From the NCBI GenBank assembly GCA_018649885.1, contig JABIHA010000149.1, positions 1 through 53,696 of the forward strand: a stretch of 53,696 nucleotides of DNA, read 5' to 3'. Below the pieces are notes generated by a model. That model saw only the letters and a list, made by a program, of their open reading frames with translations. It did not search any database and had not been told where the DNA came from. The position numbers were made by a program, and so were the translations under genes. This document shows positions 28,377-38,827 of the stretch, one piece after another; the stretch's first letter is position 1; the number at the start of each line of letters is the position of its first letter. Origin of the DNA: Bacteriovoracaceae bacterium. GTDB taxonomy: Bacteria; Bdellovibrionota; Bacteriovoracia; Bacteriovoracales; Bacteriovoracaceae.

Positions 28377-29699
28377 ATGAAATCTTATGGATTACTTTTC
28401 ATACTTATTATTATTGTAGGTTGCTCTAATCACGATGGAGGAAATGGAAAGGCAAAGCTTACTTTTCATGTTGAGGGACCAGTTAAGCAAAACCTAGATA
28501 TCTTATCCGTGGTCACGCCCTCCCAAACAAGTGACTTTAATTGCGTTGGTGTATTTGCCAGCTCAGATTTGCTCGGAAATAGAAATTGTTATAACTCCAG
28601 TGGTTCAGTAATTGCTCAGGTGCATAAGGGGTTTGGCATGAGTGCTATTGGTAATTCTTTTGGTGGTGAGATGGAGCCTGAGGAGAATGTAACATTTTAT
28701 CTTGCGGGAATGGATTACAACGATGAAGGAAGCTGTCCTAACCTGAATTCTCTGGGGCAGGGTGATTTTGAAAATAACTCATTGGTTTATATTTTGGGAG
28801 AAAGTTCTCCCCAAAGCATAGTTGAGGGGGACAATGATATTTCTCTTAGTGGAACCTTTGGAGGCCAAGGAAGTGAAATTTACTATTGTGAAGGGGCTTT
28901 TCAAGGCGAGGCTAGTTTGGACTGTGGAACTAAGTCAACTTACGCAAGTGTAGATAAGGACTATATTGATTGTTTATCTAGTGTGTTTTCTGCTTTTTAT
29001 TTCAGTGATAATCAATTGAACCCAAGTGATGTTTTATTAGTAACAACTGCTGGTGGGAACTATAGCAAAGTTGAAGTCAATACATTCACTGGGGGAACTC
29101 TCGACTTTAATTATGCTACTTATAATAGTGCAGGCTCAAATATTGCTTCTTATTCAAGTGTGAGTGTTGGAAATACCTTTTGTTTTGACCTTGATGGGGG
29201 AACTGCTCAAGGGGCTTGTTCAGGATCAACCGATATCGGAGTTGCCTCCAAAATTGCTACTAAGTATATTTTTCCTCGAATCAGTAATAATATGAAGCCT
29301 TTTTTTCCCTCAGTTTCTCTTACTGATCCGGTAGAACTTACCCTTGTTGGTACTAGTGGATACTCTCTGCATGGAACTAGCAGCAATACTGGAGATTGTG
29401 TAGCTGTAAGAGTCGCAGCTTTGTCTAAAACTAGATCTCTCGTTTCCTTAGGTTCAACACTTAGTGTGTCCCTGTCCTATGACAATAATATAGCAGCATC
29501 AGGAATTTCGTTTCATGCTAATGCACTTACTTGTGGTATAGGCTCCCCTACAATTTCTTCAGTCAATATCCTTGGTGGACTGGCAAGGTCTAGTACATTT
29601 TATATAAAAACCAATAAAGGTTCTGGACCAGTTGATCACAATATTATTATTAATGGTTCGGGAGTGTTAAGTTCAACTCATCAAATAACTGAGAATTAA
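28377..29699 (+). CDS. Ser/Gly/Cys-rich hypothetical lipoprotein
   Basis: Lipobox IVGC; 440-aa ORF directly after spoT. Confidence 0.7.
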   Translation: MKSYGLLFILIIIVGCSNHDGGNGKAKLTFHVEGPVKQNLDILSVVTPSQTSDFNCVGVFASSDLLGNRNCYNSSGSVIAQVHKGFGMSAIGNSFGGEMEPEENVTFYLAGMDYNDEGSCPNLNSLGQGDFENNSLVYILGESSPQSIVEGDNDISLSGTFGGQGSEIYYCEGAFQGEASLDCGTKSTYASVDKDYIDCLSSVFSAFYFSDNQLNPSDVLLVTTAGGNYSKVEVNTFTGGTLDFNYATYNSAGSNIASYSSVSVGNTFCFDLDGGTAQGACSGSTDIGVASKIATKYIFPRISNNMKPFFPSVSLTDPVELTLVGTSGYSLHGTSSNTGDCVAVRVAALSKTRSLVSLGSTLSVSLSYDNNIAASGISFHANALTCGIGSPTISSVNILGGLARSSTFYIKTNKGSGPVDHNIIINGSGVLSSTHQITEN

Positions 29700-30349
29700 C
29701 TTGCTTCACTTTCCCAGAGGATGAGAAATCCCCAGGCCTTAACAATTTTGAAGACTTCTTTAGAGATGATTTTAAAGGATCTGAAATCGTCTAGTTGGCT
29801 TTCAATTCCCCAATAGTTATATATATATGGGTCCCCTGCCTTGGTTAGTTTGTCGAAGGCCATTTTGACTCTGAGAATATGATAATCACTTGAGACCACT
29901 AAAATTTTATTGAATTCATTTTTTTGTTTTAAAAAGCGGATTGTGGATAAAACATTTTCTACTGTATTGGTAGCAAGGTAGTCAATTTCAATTTTATTTT
30001 GGTCGAGAACATCGAAGCCTTCGATACTTAGGTTCTTTTTAACAAGTGTTTGAATCGAGTTTTTAGTATAAACACCAGTGATAAATAAGTGGGAGCCGGG
30101 ATGTTTTTTTAAGAGTTTGAAAGCAAATGGGATTCTTCCTCCATCACCTGTTAAAACGACTATGACATCAGGAGAATTTTTAAAAAGATTTTTTTCGGCA
30201 CTCTCTCTTAAATTGGCCGCGAAGTAGAGGATGTAGATAGCAAATACTGTGTAGACGAAAAAACCTAAAGAAGCGAGGATTCCCAAATTAATGACAATCC
30301 TCCTATTTCTAGTTTTCTTTGTTTCGAATATGTATTTTTTGTTAAACAT
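29696..30349 (-). CDS. YdcF/DUF218 family membrane protein
   Basis: IVVLTG..GRI, ATNTVEN, VVSSDYHI.R. Confidence 0.85.
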   Translation of the reverse strand: MFNKKYIFETKKTRNRRIVINLGILASLGFFVYTVFAIYILYFAANLRESAEKNLFKNSPDVIVVLTGDGGRIPFAFKLLKKHPGSHLFITGVYTKNSIQTLVKKNLSIEGFDVLDQNKIEIDYLATNTVENVLSTIRFLKQKNEFNKILVVSSDYHILRVKMAFDKLTKAGDPYIYNYWGIESQLDDFRSFKIISKEVFKIVKAWGFLILWESEAS

Positions 30350-30736
30350 TTATTTTCTTGCAGCTATCACTTCAATTTCTACAAGAGCATCTTTGGGAAG
30401 AGCAGGTACTTCAACACAACTTCTGGCAGGATAGGGAGTGGTAAAGAATTTCTCATAGGCAGTATTGACGTGTCCAAAGTTTGAAAGGCTTGTGACAAAA
30501 ATTGAAGTTTTAATAATATTTTCTCTTTCTAGATCACATGCTTTTAATAAACCATCAATATTTTCCAAAATTTGATCCAGTTGTCCTTCAAAGCCACTGG
30601 CCATTTCCATCGTTTGGGGACTTAGTCCGATTTGGCCAGAAAAGTAGAAAACGCCTGCGTGCTCAACGCCCTGAGAGTATGTACCAACGGCCTTGGGTGC
30701 TAGCTCCGTACTAATGATATTTTTTTGAAAACTCAT
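30350..30736 (-). CDS. ridA: RidA/YjgF family enamine deaminase
   Basis: APKAVG.YSQ, SGQI, PARSCV.V.ALPK…VEIEVIA. Confidence 0.93.
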   Translation of the reverse strand: MSFQKNIISTELAPKAVGTYSQGVEHAGVFYFSGQIGLSPQTMEMASGFEGQLDQILENIDGLLKACDLERENIIKTSIFVTSLSNFGHVNTAYEKFFTTPYPARSCVEVPALPKDALVEIEVIAARK

Positions 30737-30751
30737 GTGCTCTCCTGTGAA

Positions 30752-33025
30752 TTATTTTACATTTTCTTGTTGTGCCATAAGAGCTGTCACTGTGGCCATA
30801 TTTACTATTTCTTCCACACTTGATGTTCTTTGAAGCACATTTATGGGATGATCCATAGGCACAATGATAGGGCCTATGGCCTTGGCATCGCCGAGCTGCA
30901 CTAGAAGTTTGTAGCTAATATTGGCAGCGTGTAAGTTGGGGAAAATTAAAATATCTGCTGCTGAATCTAGCTCTGTGAAATCAAAAAATTCTTTCATGAT
31001 ATCAAAGTTTACAGCGGCATCTGCCTGCATTTCACCATCGATGATCATATCTTCACCAGATTGCTTTGTGAGCTCCACAGCTTTTCTAATTTTTGTAGCT
31101 TCAGGATGCTTTGAAGAGCCAAAGCTTGAAAAACTTAAGAATGCCACTCTTGGGCTTTTGAGCATTAGCTTTCTATAAAGAGCTGATGTTGAGCGGGCTA
31201 TATCAGATAGATCTTTTGCATCGGGTGTAGTCTGGAGAGTGCAATCTGCAAAGAAGAGTACTCTTTTTTTAATCAGAAGAATATAAATCCCAGCAGCTTT
31301 AAAGGGACCCGTTGTACCTGCGACTCGCATAATAGGTTTGATACATTCAGGGTAGGTCCGAGTGGCCCCGGTAATCATTCCGTCGGCCATTCCAGTTCTT
31401 ACCATCATTGAGCCGAAGTAATTGGGTTTTTCCATGAGATCTTTGGCATGTGTCCGCGAAACACCCTTTCTCTTTCTTCCAGCAAAAAAAGTATCAGAAA
31501 ACTTGTCAAGGTGCTCATCATTTTCAGGGGAAATAATTTTTACGCTCTCAAGGTTTTCAAGTCCAAGTTTAGAAATCTTTTGTTCTATCACTTTTCTATT
31601 TCCCAAAAGGAGAGGAGTGATAATTCCTTCGTCTTTAATAATACTGGCAGCTCTTAAAATTCGACTATGTTCACCTTCAGCAAAGACTAAAGTTGGTGGA
31701 TTCTCAGTATCGATTCTTTCTCTGAGAGATCTAGTAAAGGCCCCAGTAGTGCCCAATCTCTCAGAAAGACTTTTGGCATATGCCCTAAAGTCAGTAATTT
31801 TGATTCTTGCTACACCACTATCGATAGCAGCTTTAGCAATGGCCGGAGATACTCTTGTCAAAACTCTGCGGTCAAAGGGTTTGGGAATCAAATAATTTCT
31901 GCCAAAGCTAAAATTACTATTGCCGTAGGCCTTTTTCACTTCATCGGGTACTTCCTCTTTGGCCAGTGCTGAAATGGCATAGACAGCTGCCAGTTTCATT
32001 TCTTCATTTATTTTAGTGGCCCTAACATCAAGGGCCCCTCTAAAGATAAAGGGAAAGCCCAGTACATTATTTACTTGGTTGGGGTAATCAGAACGGCCAG
32101 TTGCCATGATGGCATCATCTCTCACTTCAGCTACTTCTTCTGGGTAGATCTCTGGATCAGGGTTGGCCATGGCAAAAATGATTGGATCTTTGGCCATTGT
32201 CTTTACCATTTCTTTGGTGAGAACTCCTCTTGCGGAGCATCCGATAAAGGCATCAGCATTTCTCATGGCATCTTCAAGGGTTCTAGCATCCGTTTCAACG
32301 GCAAACTCATCCTTATATTTATTCATACCCTCTTTGCGACCAATGTAGATTGCACCCTTTGAATCACACATGGTTAGGTTTTTCGGGTCTACTCCCATCT
32401 TGAAAAATAATTTGGCGCAAGCAATAGATGCAGCTCCTGCTCCACTAAAGACAATCTTCATAGATTTTAATTCTTTGCTTGCGAGTTCGGCGGCATTTAT
32501 AAAAGCTGCAGAAGCAATAATAGCAGTTCCGTGTTGGTCATCATGAAAAACAGGGATATCCATGATTTCTTTTAACTGTCTTTCAACTTCAAAGCACTCA
32601 GGTGCTTTTATATCTTCTAAATTTATTCCACCAAAAGTAGGCTCAAGTGCTTTAACATGTTGGACCATTTCTTCAACAGTACTAGCATTGAGTTCGATAT
32701 CAAAAACATCAATATCCGCAAATCTTTTGAAGAGAATTCCCTTCCCTTCCATTACAGGCTTTGATGCCAATGCCCCAATATTACCTAAACCTAGTACTGC
32801 TGAACCATTTGAAACAACGGCAACTAAATTTCCTTTGCTTGTATATTGATAGGCAGTCTCTGGGTCTTTGGCTATTTCAAGACAAGGTAGGGCAACTCCT
32901 GGTGAGTAGGCCAGTGATAAGTCCCTTGCAGTTTGGCACGGCTTAGTGGGAATGACCTCAATTTTACCAGGTCTACCCGAACGGTGATATTCGAGTGCGG
33001 CTTCATCTTTTTGATCTTTGGACAT
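30752..33025 (-). CDS. maeB: NADP-dependent malic enzyme with PTA-like domain
   Basis: LSLAYSPGVA, VMEGK, FHDDQHGTA, TGRSDYPNQVNN, C-terminal DGEMQAD. Confidence 0.96.
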   Translation of the reverse strand: MSKDQKDEAALEYHRSGRPGKIEVIPTKPCQTARDLSLAYSPGVALPCLEIAKDPETAYQYTSKGNLVAVVSNGSAVLGLGNIGALASKPVMEGKGILFKRFADIDVFDIELNASTVEEMVQHVKALEPTFGGINLEDIKAPECFEVERQLKEIMDIPVFHDDQHGTAIIASAAFINAAELASKELKSMKIVFSGAGAASIACAKLFFKMGVDPKNLTMCDSKGAIYIGRKEGMNKYKDEFAVETDARTLEDAMRNADAFIGCSARGVLTKEMVKTMAKDPIIFAMANPDPEIYPEEVAEVRDDAIMATGRSDYPNQVNNVLGFPFIFRGALDVRATKINEEMKLAAVYAISALAKEEVPDEVKKAYGNSNFSFGRNYLIPKPFDRRVLTRVSPAIAKAAIDSGVARIKITDFRAYAKSLSERLGTTGAFTRSLRERIDTENPPTLVFAEGEHSRILRAASIIKDEGIITPLLLGNRKVIEQKISKLGLENLESVKIISPENDEHLDKFSDTFFAGRKRKGVSRTHAKDLMEKPNYFGSMMVRTGMADGMITGATRTYPECIKPIMRVAGTTGPFKAAGIYILLIKKRVLFFADCTLQTTPDAKDLSDIARSTSALYRKLMLKSPRVAFLSFSSFGSSKHPEATKIRKAVELTKQSGEDMIIDGEMQADAAVNFDIMKEFFDFTELDSAADILIFPNLHAANISYKLLVQLGDAKAIGPIIVPMDHPINVLQRTSSVEEIVNMATVTALMAQQENVK

Positions 33026-33085
33026 GTATTTTTCCTTTAATTTGATAATCCTGATTATCTCATATATTGGAAAATTAGTGTCTTT

Positions 33086-34504
33086 TCATCCTTCAAAGAT
33101 AGAGGATTTTTTTCTGATTGCAGTACTCAAGATTAATCCACAAAATGTGGCGATGATTCCAATGTACAGATCGTCAATGGCAGCCACTATTCCCTCTTCT
33201 GGAAGAAAGCGCCAAATAGTAGTGAAAACTACTCCGATGCTACAAGTAAAAACAAATTGTTTATCGCTAATTTTGCCAGGAAAAAGATGCCCAAGGATGA
33301 CTGGAAAGAGCAGGCAAGATGCACTATAGCTTCCCAAGGTTTTCCAGACAGCTTTTATATCACCACTAAAAGCAGTGCTTAAAACGGCTGCTAATAATCC
33401 TGAAAAAATGACCGCACAGTAGTGGGCCATTTTCTTTGTGCGGAACCTTTTGGGTAAAATATCATAAGACAGCGTGGTGCCTGCAATAAATAAATATGAG
33501 TCTAAGGTCGATAAGATTGTGGCAAGAAAACCTGCAAGGACAAATCCTCTAAGCCCACTTGGCAGAATTGATGTAGAAAATATTAAATAGGCCTTGTCAG
33601 AGGGAAGGCCTGGCATTACAGCTCTTGCATATAGTGCTCCACCTGTTGTGCATATATCAAAGAGAAACCAAACGAAAGTTGAGATAAGAATTCCCTTCTT
33701 GGCCACTTCTGGTGATTTGGCAGCAAAACATCGTTGATAAAAGTTGGGATCAACTAAGGTTGAAAGAGCAATAAAACCCCATACTAATGTAGTCGCAATG
33801 CTATTTCCTCCAAGTGCTGAAAAGTGGGCCTCTGGTAGATTGGTCTTGAGAAAACCAATCCCTCCATATTTCCCCACTGCAAAAAATAAAACTAGTACGA
33901 CTCCAGCACACATCACAAAAAATTGAACAATGTCTGAGAAAACCACTGCTCTCAGACCTCCTGTTAGTGAGTAGGCCACAACAATTAAGGTCCCGAGAAA
34001 TACCATCACGGTTAAATTTCCTCCAAATAGAGCTTGTAGAAACAAACCAAGGGAGATGGCATAAGCAATGGGGACAACATTAAAAAAGTTAAAAATAGCA
34101 CTCACTTTCTCAGCTCGTGGGCCAAACATTTTCCCCATCAAGTCTGGCAGTGTAACGGCCTGGTATTTAGAAATGCGATTAACCATAAAAAAAGCAAAGA
34201 AGATGTAGGTGAAATACCAAAAAACTCCTTGAGTCAGAAAATTGTAAATACCATAGTCATAGGCAATTTGAGTGACACCAAAGATTCCTCCGTACCAAGT
34301 GGCCACAAGGGTGGCAATGAAAAGGGGGAGGGTTAGTTTTCGACCCATCAGTAGGATATCTAGTAGGCCATCTTCTTCATCTGAATCAGGAGACTTCGAT
34401 TTTTTTAGTTGTCCGTAGATAATAGCGGCAAATGTCGAAAGAAGTACTAGAAAGAAGACGATCCAATCCAGTGTGGTAATTTGTGAAATAATTTGTGAGC
34501 TCAT
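33086..34504 (-). CDS. Sodium:solute symporter, probable thiamine/precursor transporter (ThiV-like)
   Basis: ATW.GG, GGLRAVVFSD.VQ, YQRCFAAKS; upstream TPP riboswitch; start at 34504 (alternative 34510). Confidence 0.85.
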   Translation of the reverse strand: MSSQIISQITTLDWIVFFLVLLSTFAAIIYGQLKKSKSPDSDEEDGLLDILLMGRKLTLPLFIATLVATWYGGIFGVTQIAYDYGIYNFLTQGVFWYFTYIFFAFFMVNRISKYQAVTLPDLMGKMFGPRAEKVSAIFNFFNVVPIAYAISLGLFLQALFGGNLTVMVFLGTLIVVAYSLTGGLRAVVFSDIVQFFVMCAGVVLVLFFAVGKYGGIGFLKTNLPEAHFSALGGNSIATTLVWGFIALSTLVDPNFYQRCFAAKSPEVAKKGILISTFVWFLFDICTTGGALYARAVMPGLPSDKAYLIFSTSILPSGLRGFVLAGFLATILSTLDSYLFIAGTTLSYDILPKRFRTKKMAHYCAVIFSGLLAAVLSTAFSGDIKAVWKTLGSYSASCLLFPVILGHLFPGKISDKQFVFTCSIGVVFTTIWRFLPEEGIVAAIDDLYIGIIATFCGLILSTAIRKKSSIFEG

Positions 34505-34584
34505 AACCATTCCCTACGCAGAAACTAATCTGATCAGGTTCAACGAGTTTATCTCAGCCTCATTTTGAGGCACCCCGAGGTCCG
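34505..34584 (-). ncRNA. TPP riboswitch
   Basis: Minus strand: CGGGGTGCCTCAAAATGAGGCTGAGATAAACTCGTTGAACCTGATCAGATTAGTTTCTGCGTAGGGA, containing GCTGAGA, ACCTGATC and GCGTAGGGA. Confidence 0.92.
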
Positions 34585-34697
34585 TGGATATTATATGCAT
34601 GATAAAATCATACGTGTCAATAATTTGAATTAATTATTCAAAATCTGTATCTACTACAATCCTTTAAGAGAATAGTTGATCATGGTATATTAATACC

Positions 34698-35195
34698 ATG
34701 AGAATTAGTTGGGGTACCAAATGTACTCGCCCTCTTTTGTTCATTGTGGTTTTTTTATTTCCTCTGCAATTATCGGCCATGAACTGGCATCAATGTATGG
34801 ATACCACCGAAACTGCCGGAGTAATTACTCCATTTTTATATATATCTGCTCAAGTTACTACCTCTTCTGGGCAATTTACAAGCTCATGGGGGCCTTGCTC
34901 ATTATTCGGAAAAACTGATGAGCAGATTAAAAAGATTTTTGTTGCAAAAAATTTTGAAAACCTAAAAACGGAAATTTCATTAGGCAGAGGTGAGTTTTTA
35001 AATGAATATGCAAGATTAAATAGAATTTCAAAAGAAAACTACAATAAACTCTTCATGAACTTTCAATCAAAGTATATCAATATATTTGGAAAAAATGGTA
35101 ATCACCTTCCAAGCGTAGCCTATGATCAATTAGAAAAAATTTGTTCACATTATATGCCAAAAGACCCACTTCTAATAAATGGTAGTCAGCAATAA
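34698..35195 (+). CDS. Secreted DUF3015-like protein
   Basis: Signal peptide; TSS.G.C and FVAKNFENLK.EISLGRGEFL. Confidence 0.6.
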   Translation: MRISWGTKCTRPLLFIVVFLFPLQLSAMNWHQCMDTTETAGVITPFLYISAQVTTSSGQFTSSWGPCSLFGKTDEQIKKIFVAKNFENLKTEISLGRGEFLNEYARLNRISKENYNKLFMNFQSKYINIFGKNGNHLPSVAYDQLEKICSHYMPKDPLLINGSQQ

Positions 35196-35410
35196 ATATT
35201 CTTTTTTTTGATCATTTTCATTGATGGGAAATATTAAAAAATCAGTTGAAAATGTGGTGAATCTGGCCAAATTAAAGTTATTTAAATTCATAAAATTGAT
35301 TGCCAATTATTTTGAAAAGACAATTATCGTGTCTCTAAGCCTCCGATACTTTGAACTCTTATTGGCTAGGTACTTGCAACTTAAGTTGTAAAACTAATGG
35401 GAGATCAAGT

Positions 35411-36082
35411 ATGAGAGCTAAATATATTTTGTTTGTATTATTTATCATGTCCTTTTCCGTATGTGGGCAAGAAATTCTTGATCAAAGAGAAGCTGAAATC
35501 AGAAAAAATCTTTCTGAGGTAACGGGTCTTAATTTTTATTGTCCGGGATTCGATACAGATGAAGTATGTTCTGAAAGGTTAACTGGACTTCTAAGAAAGG
35601 TCACAGAACTAGGTTCAGATGCTTTTGATGACTATAAGGAGCTAGATGATGTTCATATTCGACTCGGTGAAGAATTTTCTCCCCACTTAAAAATGAATAA
35701 GATTGGTTTTATAGATGTGGATAAAGATATTTTGATATCACTTGGATCTATAAAAAATCAATACCAAACATACCTAGATAATGTTGAATCTCTTGCAGCT
35801 TTAGGGCAAGGAGAAGTCAGCTTTATTTGTGGTGATATTAAAATTGTTAAAGTATGTGAGGAACTCATTAGGGAATATAGATTAAATGCCTTTGACCTAA
35901 GTTTTCTTGATTTTATTGGAAGCTCGCCAGTTGAAGTCATTTCTCTACACTCTATAACAGGTCTTATTCAGCCAACCCTAAGAGAGAAGACATTATATAT
36001 TAATGTTAATGAGCTTAGTGAAGTAGGATTACAGTCTACTGTTAGACAAATGCTAAGCACTCCTAGATCACTGAATGAGTAA
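35411..36082 (+). CDS. Hypothetical secreted protein
   Basis: ATG at 35411 after GGGAGA; signal peptide. Confidence 0.6.
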   Translation: MRAKYILFVLFIMSFSVCGQEILDQREAEIRKNLSEVTGLNFYCPGFDTDEVCSERLTGLLRKVTELGSDAFDDYKELDDVHIRLGEEFSPHLKMNKIGFIDVDKDILISLGSIKNQYQTYLDNVESLAALGQGEVSFICGDIKIVKVCEELIREYRLNAFDLSFLDFIGSSPVEVISLHSITGLIQPTLREKTLYINVNELSEVGLQSTVRQMLSTPRSLNE

Positions 36083-36155
36083 TCGAATAATTATTCTAGC
36101 GCCAGATACACCGTGATTAAAGTCTAATATTTCGTTTCGTGAATCTGGTACTAGC

Positions 36156-37739
36156 TTAAATATCTATATAGTTAAGTGAACTTGCAGTCTTTCTTAGGTA
36201 TTTATAATCTACGTAGAAATAGCCACAGTCTGCAGATCCCGTACCCCATGAGTTTTTCATGATGAAGTAACCTTCTTCTTCGGCAGCAGGTGCGCCACTT
36301 GGTCTATTAGAATTAGATACAAATCCTACTAGAAGAGCAGCATGTCCACCAAGGGTAGATTCACCACTTTTCCATTTAACGTAACCATTGTTTTGGCTTC
36401 CCGCTTTATCCATGAAGTTTTGTTTTACACTAAATCCCACAATAACTGGGACTTCATCATTAACGAGTAAAATGGCTTCATTGAGTGAATTCTTCTTATG
36501 TATGGAGCTCCAGATACTGGTGTAGTCTTTGACTTGCCATGTAGTGCTAGAGGACCTAGATGGAACTGTGTAAGTGTAGGTCTTGTTCCAAAATGGTCCA
36601 GAAATATCTTCTTCAGCTTGAAAAGCAAAGTTTGTACACATGGGACCAGAGTATCCTGAGCAAGAGCTAGCATATTCATTGGCGCTCTTATTGCTGGCAA
36701 TATTAAAAGATGGGTTATATTCCCATCTACTTTCAAGTTGAAGTTTATGGTTTTCAGAATCTAGCTTTCCTAGAGTTTTGCTATTATTTAGACCATATCC
36801 ATATCTTCCACTAAACCCGGAAGATGATCCGCCTGAAATCTCACCATAAAAGTAGGTGAATTGTTCAGAAAGGTTTATTGCCTTTTGATTTTCAACATAA
36901 TTGTGAACTTCAATAGCTGCATTAATGGCAAATGAGACACATGTTCCTCTTTGTGCCTGATCTTTTATACAGGTGGTTTTGTATTTAAGTGGAAAACTCT
37001 TATTTTTATAAAGTCCTGAACTCGAATAGGTTGAAGAGTTACATCTATTGGACTGATCTGCAGTAACCCCTGTTGTATTTGCTAGGTCACCTTGCTCATT
37101 AGCACAGTTGGCCTCATAGTAAGCGGGAATAGTTTGGCCATTATCATCTTTGTTATCCCTAAGGATGCCGATGATAATATCGTTTAAATTAATTGATATA
37201 TCTTTATATAGCCTGGCATATGCTGCAGTTAATTTAGTTTTGTCTTTTAACTTGAGCGGTGAAGGCGTTCTTTTTTTGTACTTTGCAGGGAGTAATTTAT
37301 AGATACGACTGTAGGACTTTTTGGTGTTCTTAAATTGCTTTTCTTTCTGAAGTGAGTCCCCTACATCACTAAGCATCTCTAGATTTGAGAGAAGCTTTTT
37401 CTTTGATCCGTCTCCCAGTGTTACCACTGGCCCCTCGTCTGAGAGCTTGCTTATATCACCTGCTAAAATAGGCCCTTTTAATTTCTTGAATTTTCCTGGG
37501 TTCATGTGATCTGGAGTTTTGCTGGGATTTTTTTCAAAGTATTTCACAGCTCTTTTTAATTTTAGTAAGTCGTCTCTTTGCATTCTTTTTAAATCACTAT
37601 TTGTGATTCTCTTACTCATTTTTTCAGATTTATCACCTAGTTTTACAATTTTCCATTCCTGGGCATTTGCATTGGCCATCACCATGGTGGCCATCAATAT
37701 GGAAGTGGCAATAACTAGTTTAGCGGTGGTGCGACTCAT
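36156..37739 (-). CDS. Secreted papain-family (C1A) cysteine peptidase with long basic pro-region
   Basis: DQAQRGTCVSFA (Gln/Cys), GGHA (His), KNSWG (Asn); start 37739 after AGGAG. Confidence 0.9.
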   Translation of the reverse strand: MSRTTAKLVIATSILMATMVMANANAQEWKIVKLGDKSEKMSKRITNSDLKRMQRDDLLKLKRAVKYFEKNPSKTPDHMNPGKFKKLKGPILAGDISKLSDEGPVVTLGDGSKKKLLSNLEMLSDVGDSLQKEKQFKNTKKSYSRIYKLLPAKYKKRTPSPLKLKDKTKLTAAYARLYKDISINLNDIIIGILRDNKDDNGQTIPAYYEANCANEQGDLANTTGVTADQSNRCNSSTYSSSGLYKNKSFPLKYKTTCIKDQAQRGTCVSFAINAAIEVHNYVENQKAINLSEQFTYFYGEISGGSSSGFSGRYGYGLNNSKTLGKLDSENHKLQLESRWEYNPSFNIASNKSANEYASSCSGYSGPMCTNFAFQAEEDISGPFWNKTYTYTVPSRSSSTTWQVKDYTSIWSSIHKKNSLNEAILLVNDEVPVIVGFSVKQNFMDKAGSQNNGYVKWKSGESTLGGHAALLVGFVSNSNRPSGAPAAEEEGYFIMKNSWGTGSADCGYFYVDYKYLRKTASSLNYIDI

Positions 37740-37893
37740 TTTCTCTCTCCTGTGAACTAAGCTAGTAAAGCCTAGTTTCACCGAACAAATCATAAAAAAT
37801 TCGAATAGTCATTGATAGGTATTAAGAAGAGAGAAAATTTACATATCTAGGATAAAAAAGTGTTGATTCAGTGACAATTTGGCCCCAAAAAAA

Positions 37894-38703
37894 CTAACCT
37901 GCCTCACTTTCTTCTGGAAAACTTTTTATCAAGTTATCAATAATTTTTTGGAAGGTTTCTTTATATTGGAGTTTGCCATTAAAGGGAATGGGACCTGTTT
38001 GGGAGTAGTGGTCTCCTTCGAAGACTCCCAGGCTTTCTCCCCATGTACTTGACTCAACACATACAAGGCCATCGTTAGGACGTCCTGTTGTTTTGTGATA
38101 AAGATCGTAGGGAAGTTTCATCCAGTGGACCACAGAGTAATTAATAAATGGCTTAGGTACAAAGAAATTTAAGCTAAAATATTTGACCTTGTCATGGTCG
38201 GGATTTTGAGGATTAAATTTATCTACCATATATTCTGGATGGAGCTGTTTAAATGACTGCAAGCTACTTGTGGCAAAGTGGCTGAGCTTATCTACTATTG
38301 GAAGCATTTTAAAAACATTTTTATGGGCAATTTTATCAATGGTGTGGATCAATCGCTCTGCTTCTTCCGCAATGGCGCTTCCTTTATGGGGCGTTGAAAC
38401 TGTAGTCAAAGAAAGACACCGACCGGCCCAATCAGAGTTACAAATTGCATGTCTTGCATCAAGGCCACCCATACTATGTCCTATCAGATGAAATTCACCA
38501 TGGGGTACTAATCTCTTTACCTCTTTGTCTAAGGTTTCGGCCCTCATTTGAAGAGTATTCATAAAAGGAGTTCTAGCAATAAGAAGCTTCATCCCATGAT
38601 CAGAAAATAGTTTTTTAAGGGGCAAGAGAACTTCGTATAATTGCCAATTGACACCAAATCCATGGCAGAAAATTACTGGAGGTCTTTTAATGGTTTTTCT
38701 CAT
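37894..38703 (-). CDS. Lipase-type alpha/beta hydrolase
   Basis: HGF, GHSMGGLDAR, TPHKGS, NDGLV, DH. Confidence 0.88.
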   Translation of the reverse strand: MRKTIKRPPVIFCHGFGVNWQLYEVLLPLKKLFSDHGMKLLIARTPFMNTLQMRAETLDKEVKRLVPHGEFHLIGHSMGGLDARHAICNSDWAGRCLSLTTVSTPHKGSAIAEEAERLIHTIDKIAHKNVFKMLPIVDKLSHFATSSLQSFKQLHPEYMVDKFNPQNPDHDKVKYFSLNFFVPKPFINYSVVHWMKLPYDLYHKTTGRPNDGLVCVESSTWGESLGVFEGDHYSQTGPIPFNGKLQYKETFQKIIDNLIKSFPEESEAG

Positions 38704-38827
38704 CCGTCTATTTTAACTTACCTCTGGAGAATCCGGTAAGGATATTTCTACCTATTTTCAATGAGTTAGCCTGAGTTATGAACAATTCTTAGGCCTATCT
38801 TGCGCCTAAATGGTAAGCTTGTGGCCC

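Noticed and set aside
30921..33329. Antisense ORFs within maeB, and similar short shadow ORFs throughout the window
   Set aside because: They lie opposite or inside well-supported genes and have no motifs or SDs
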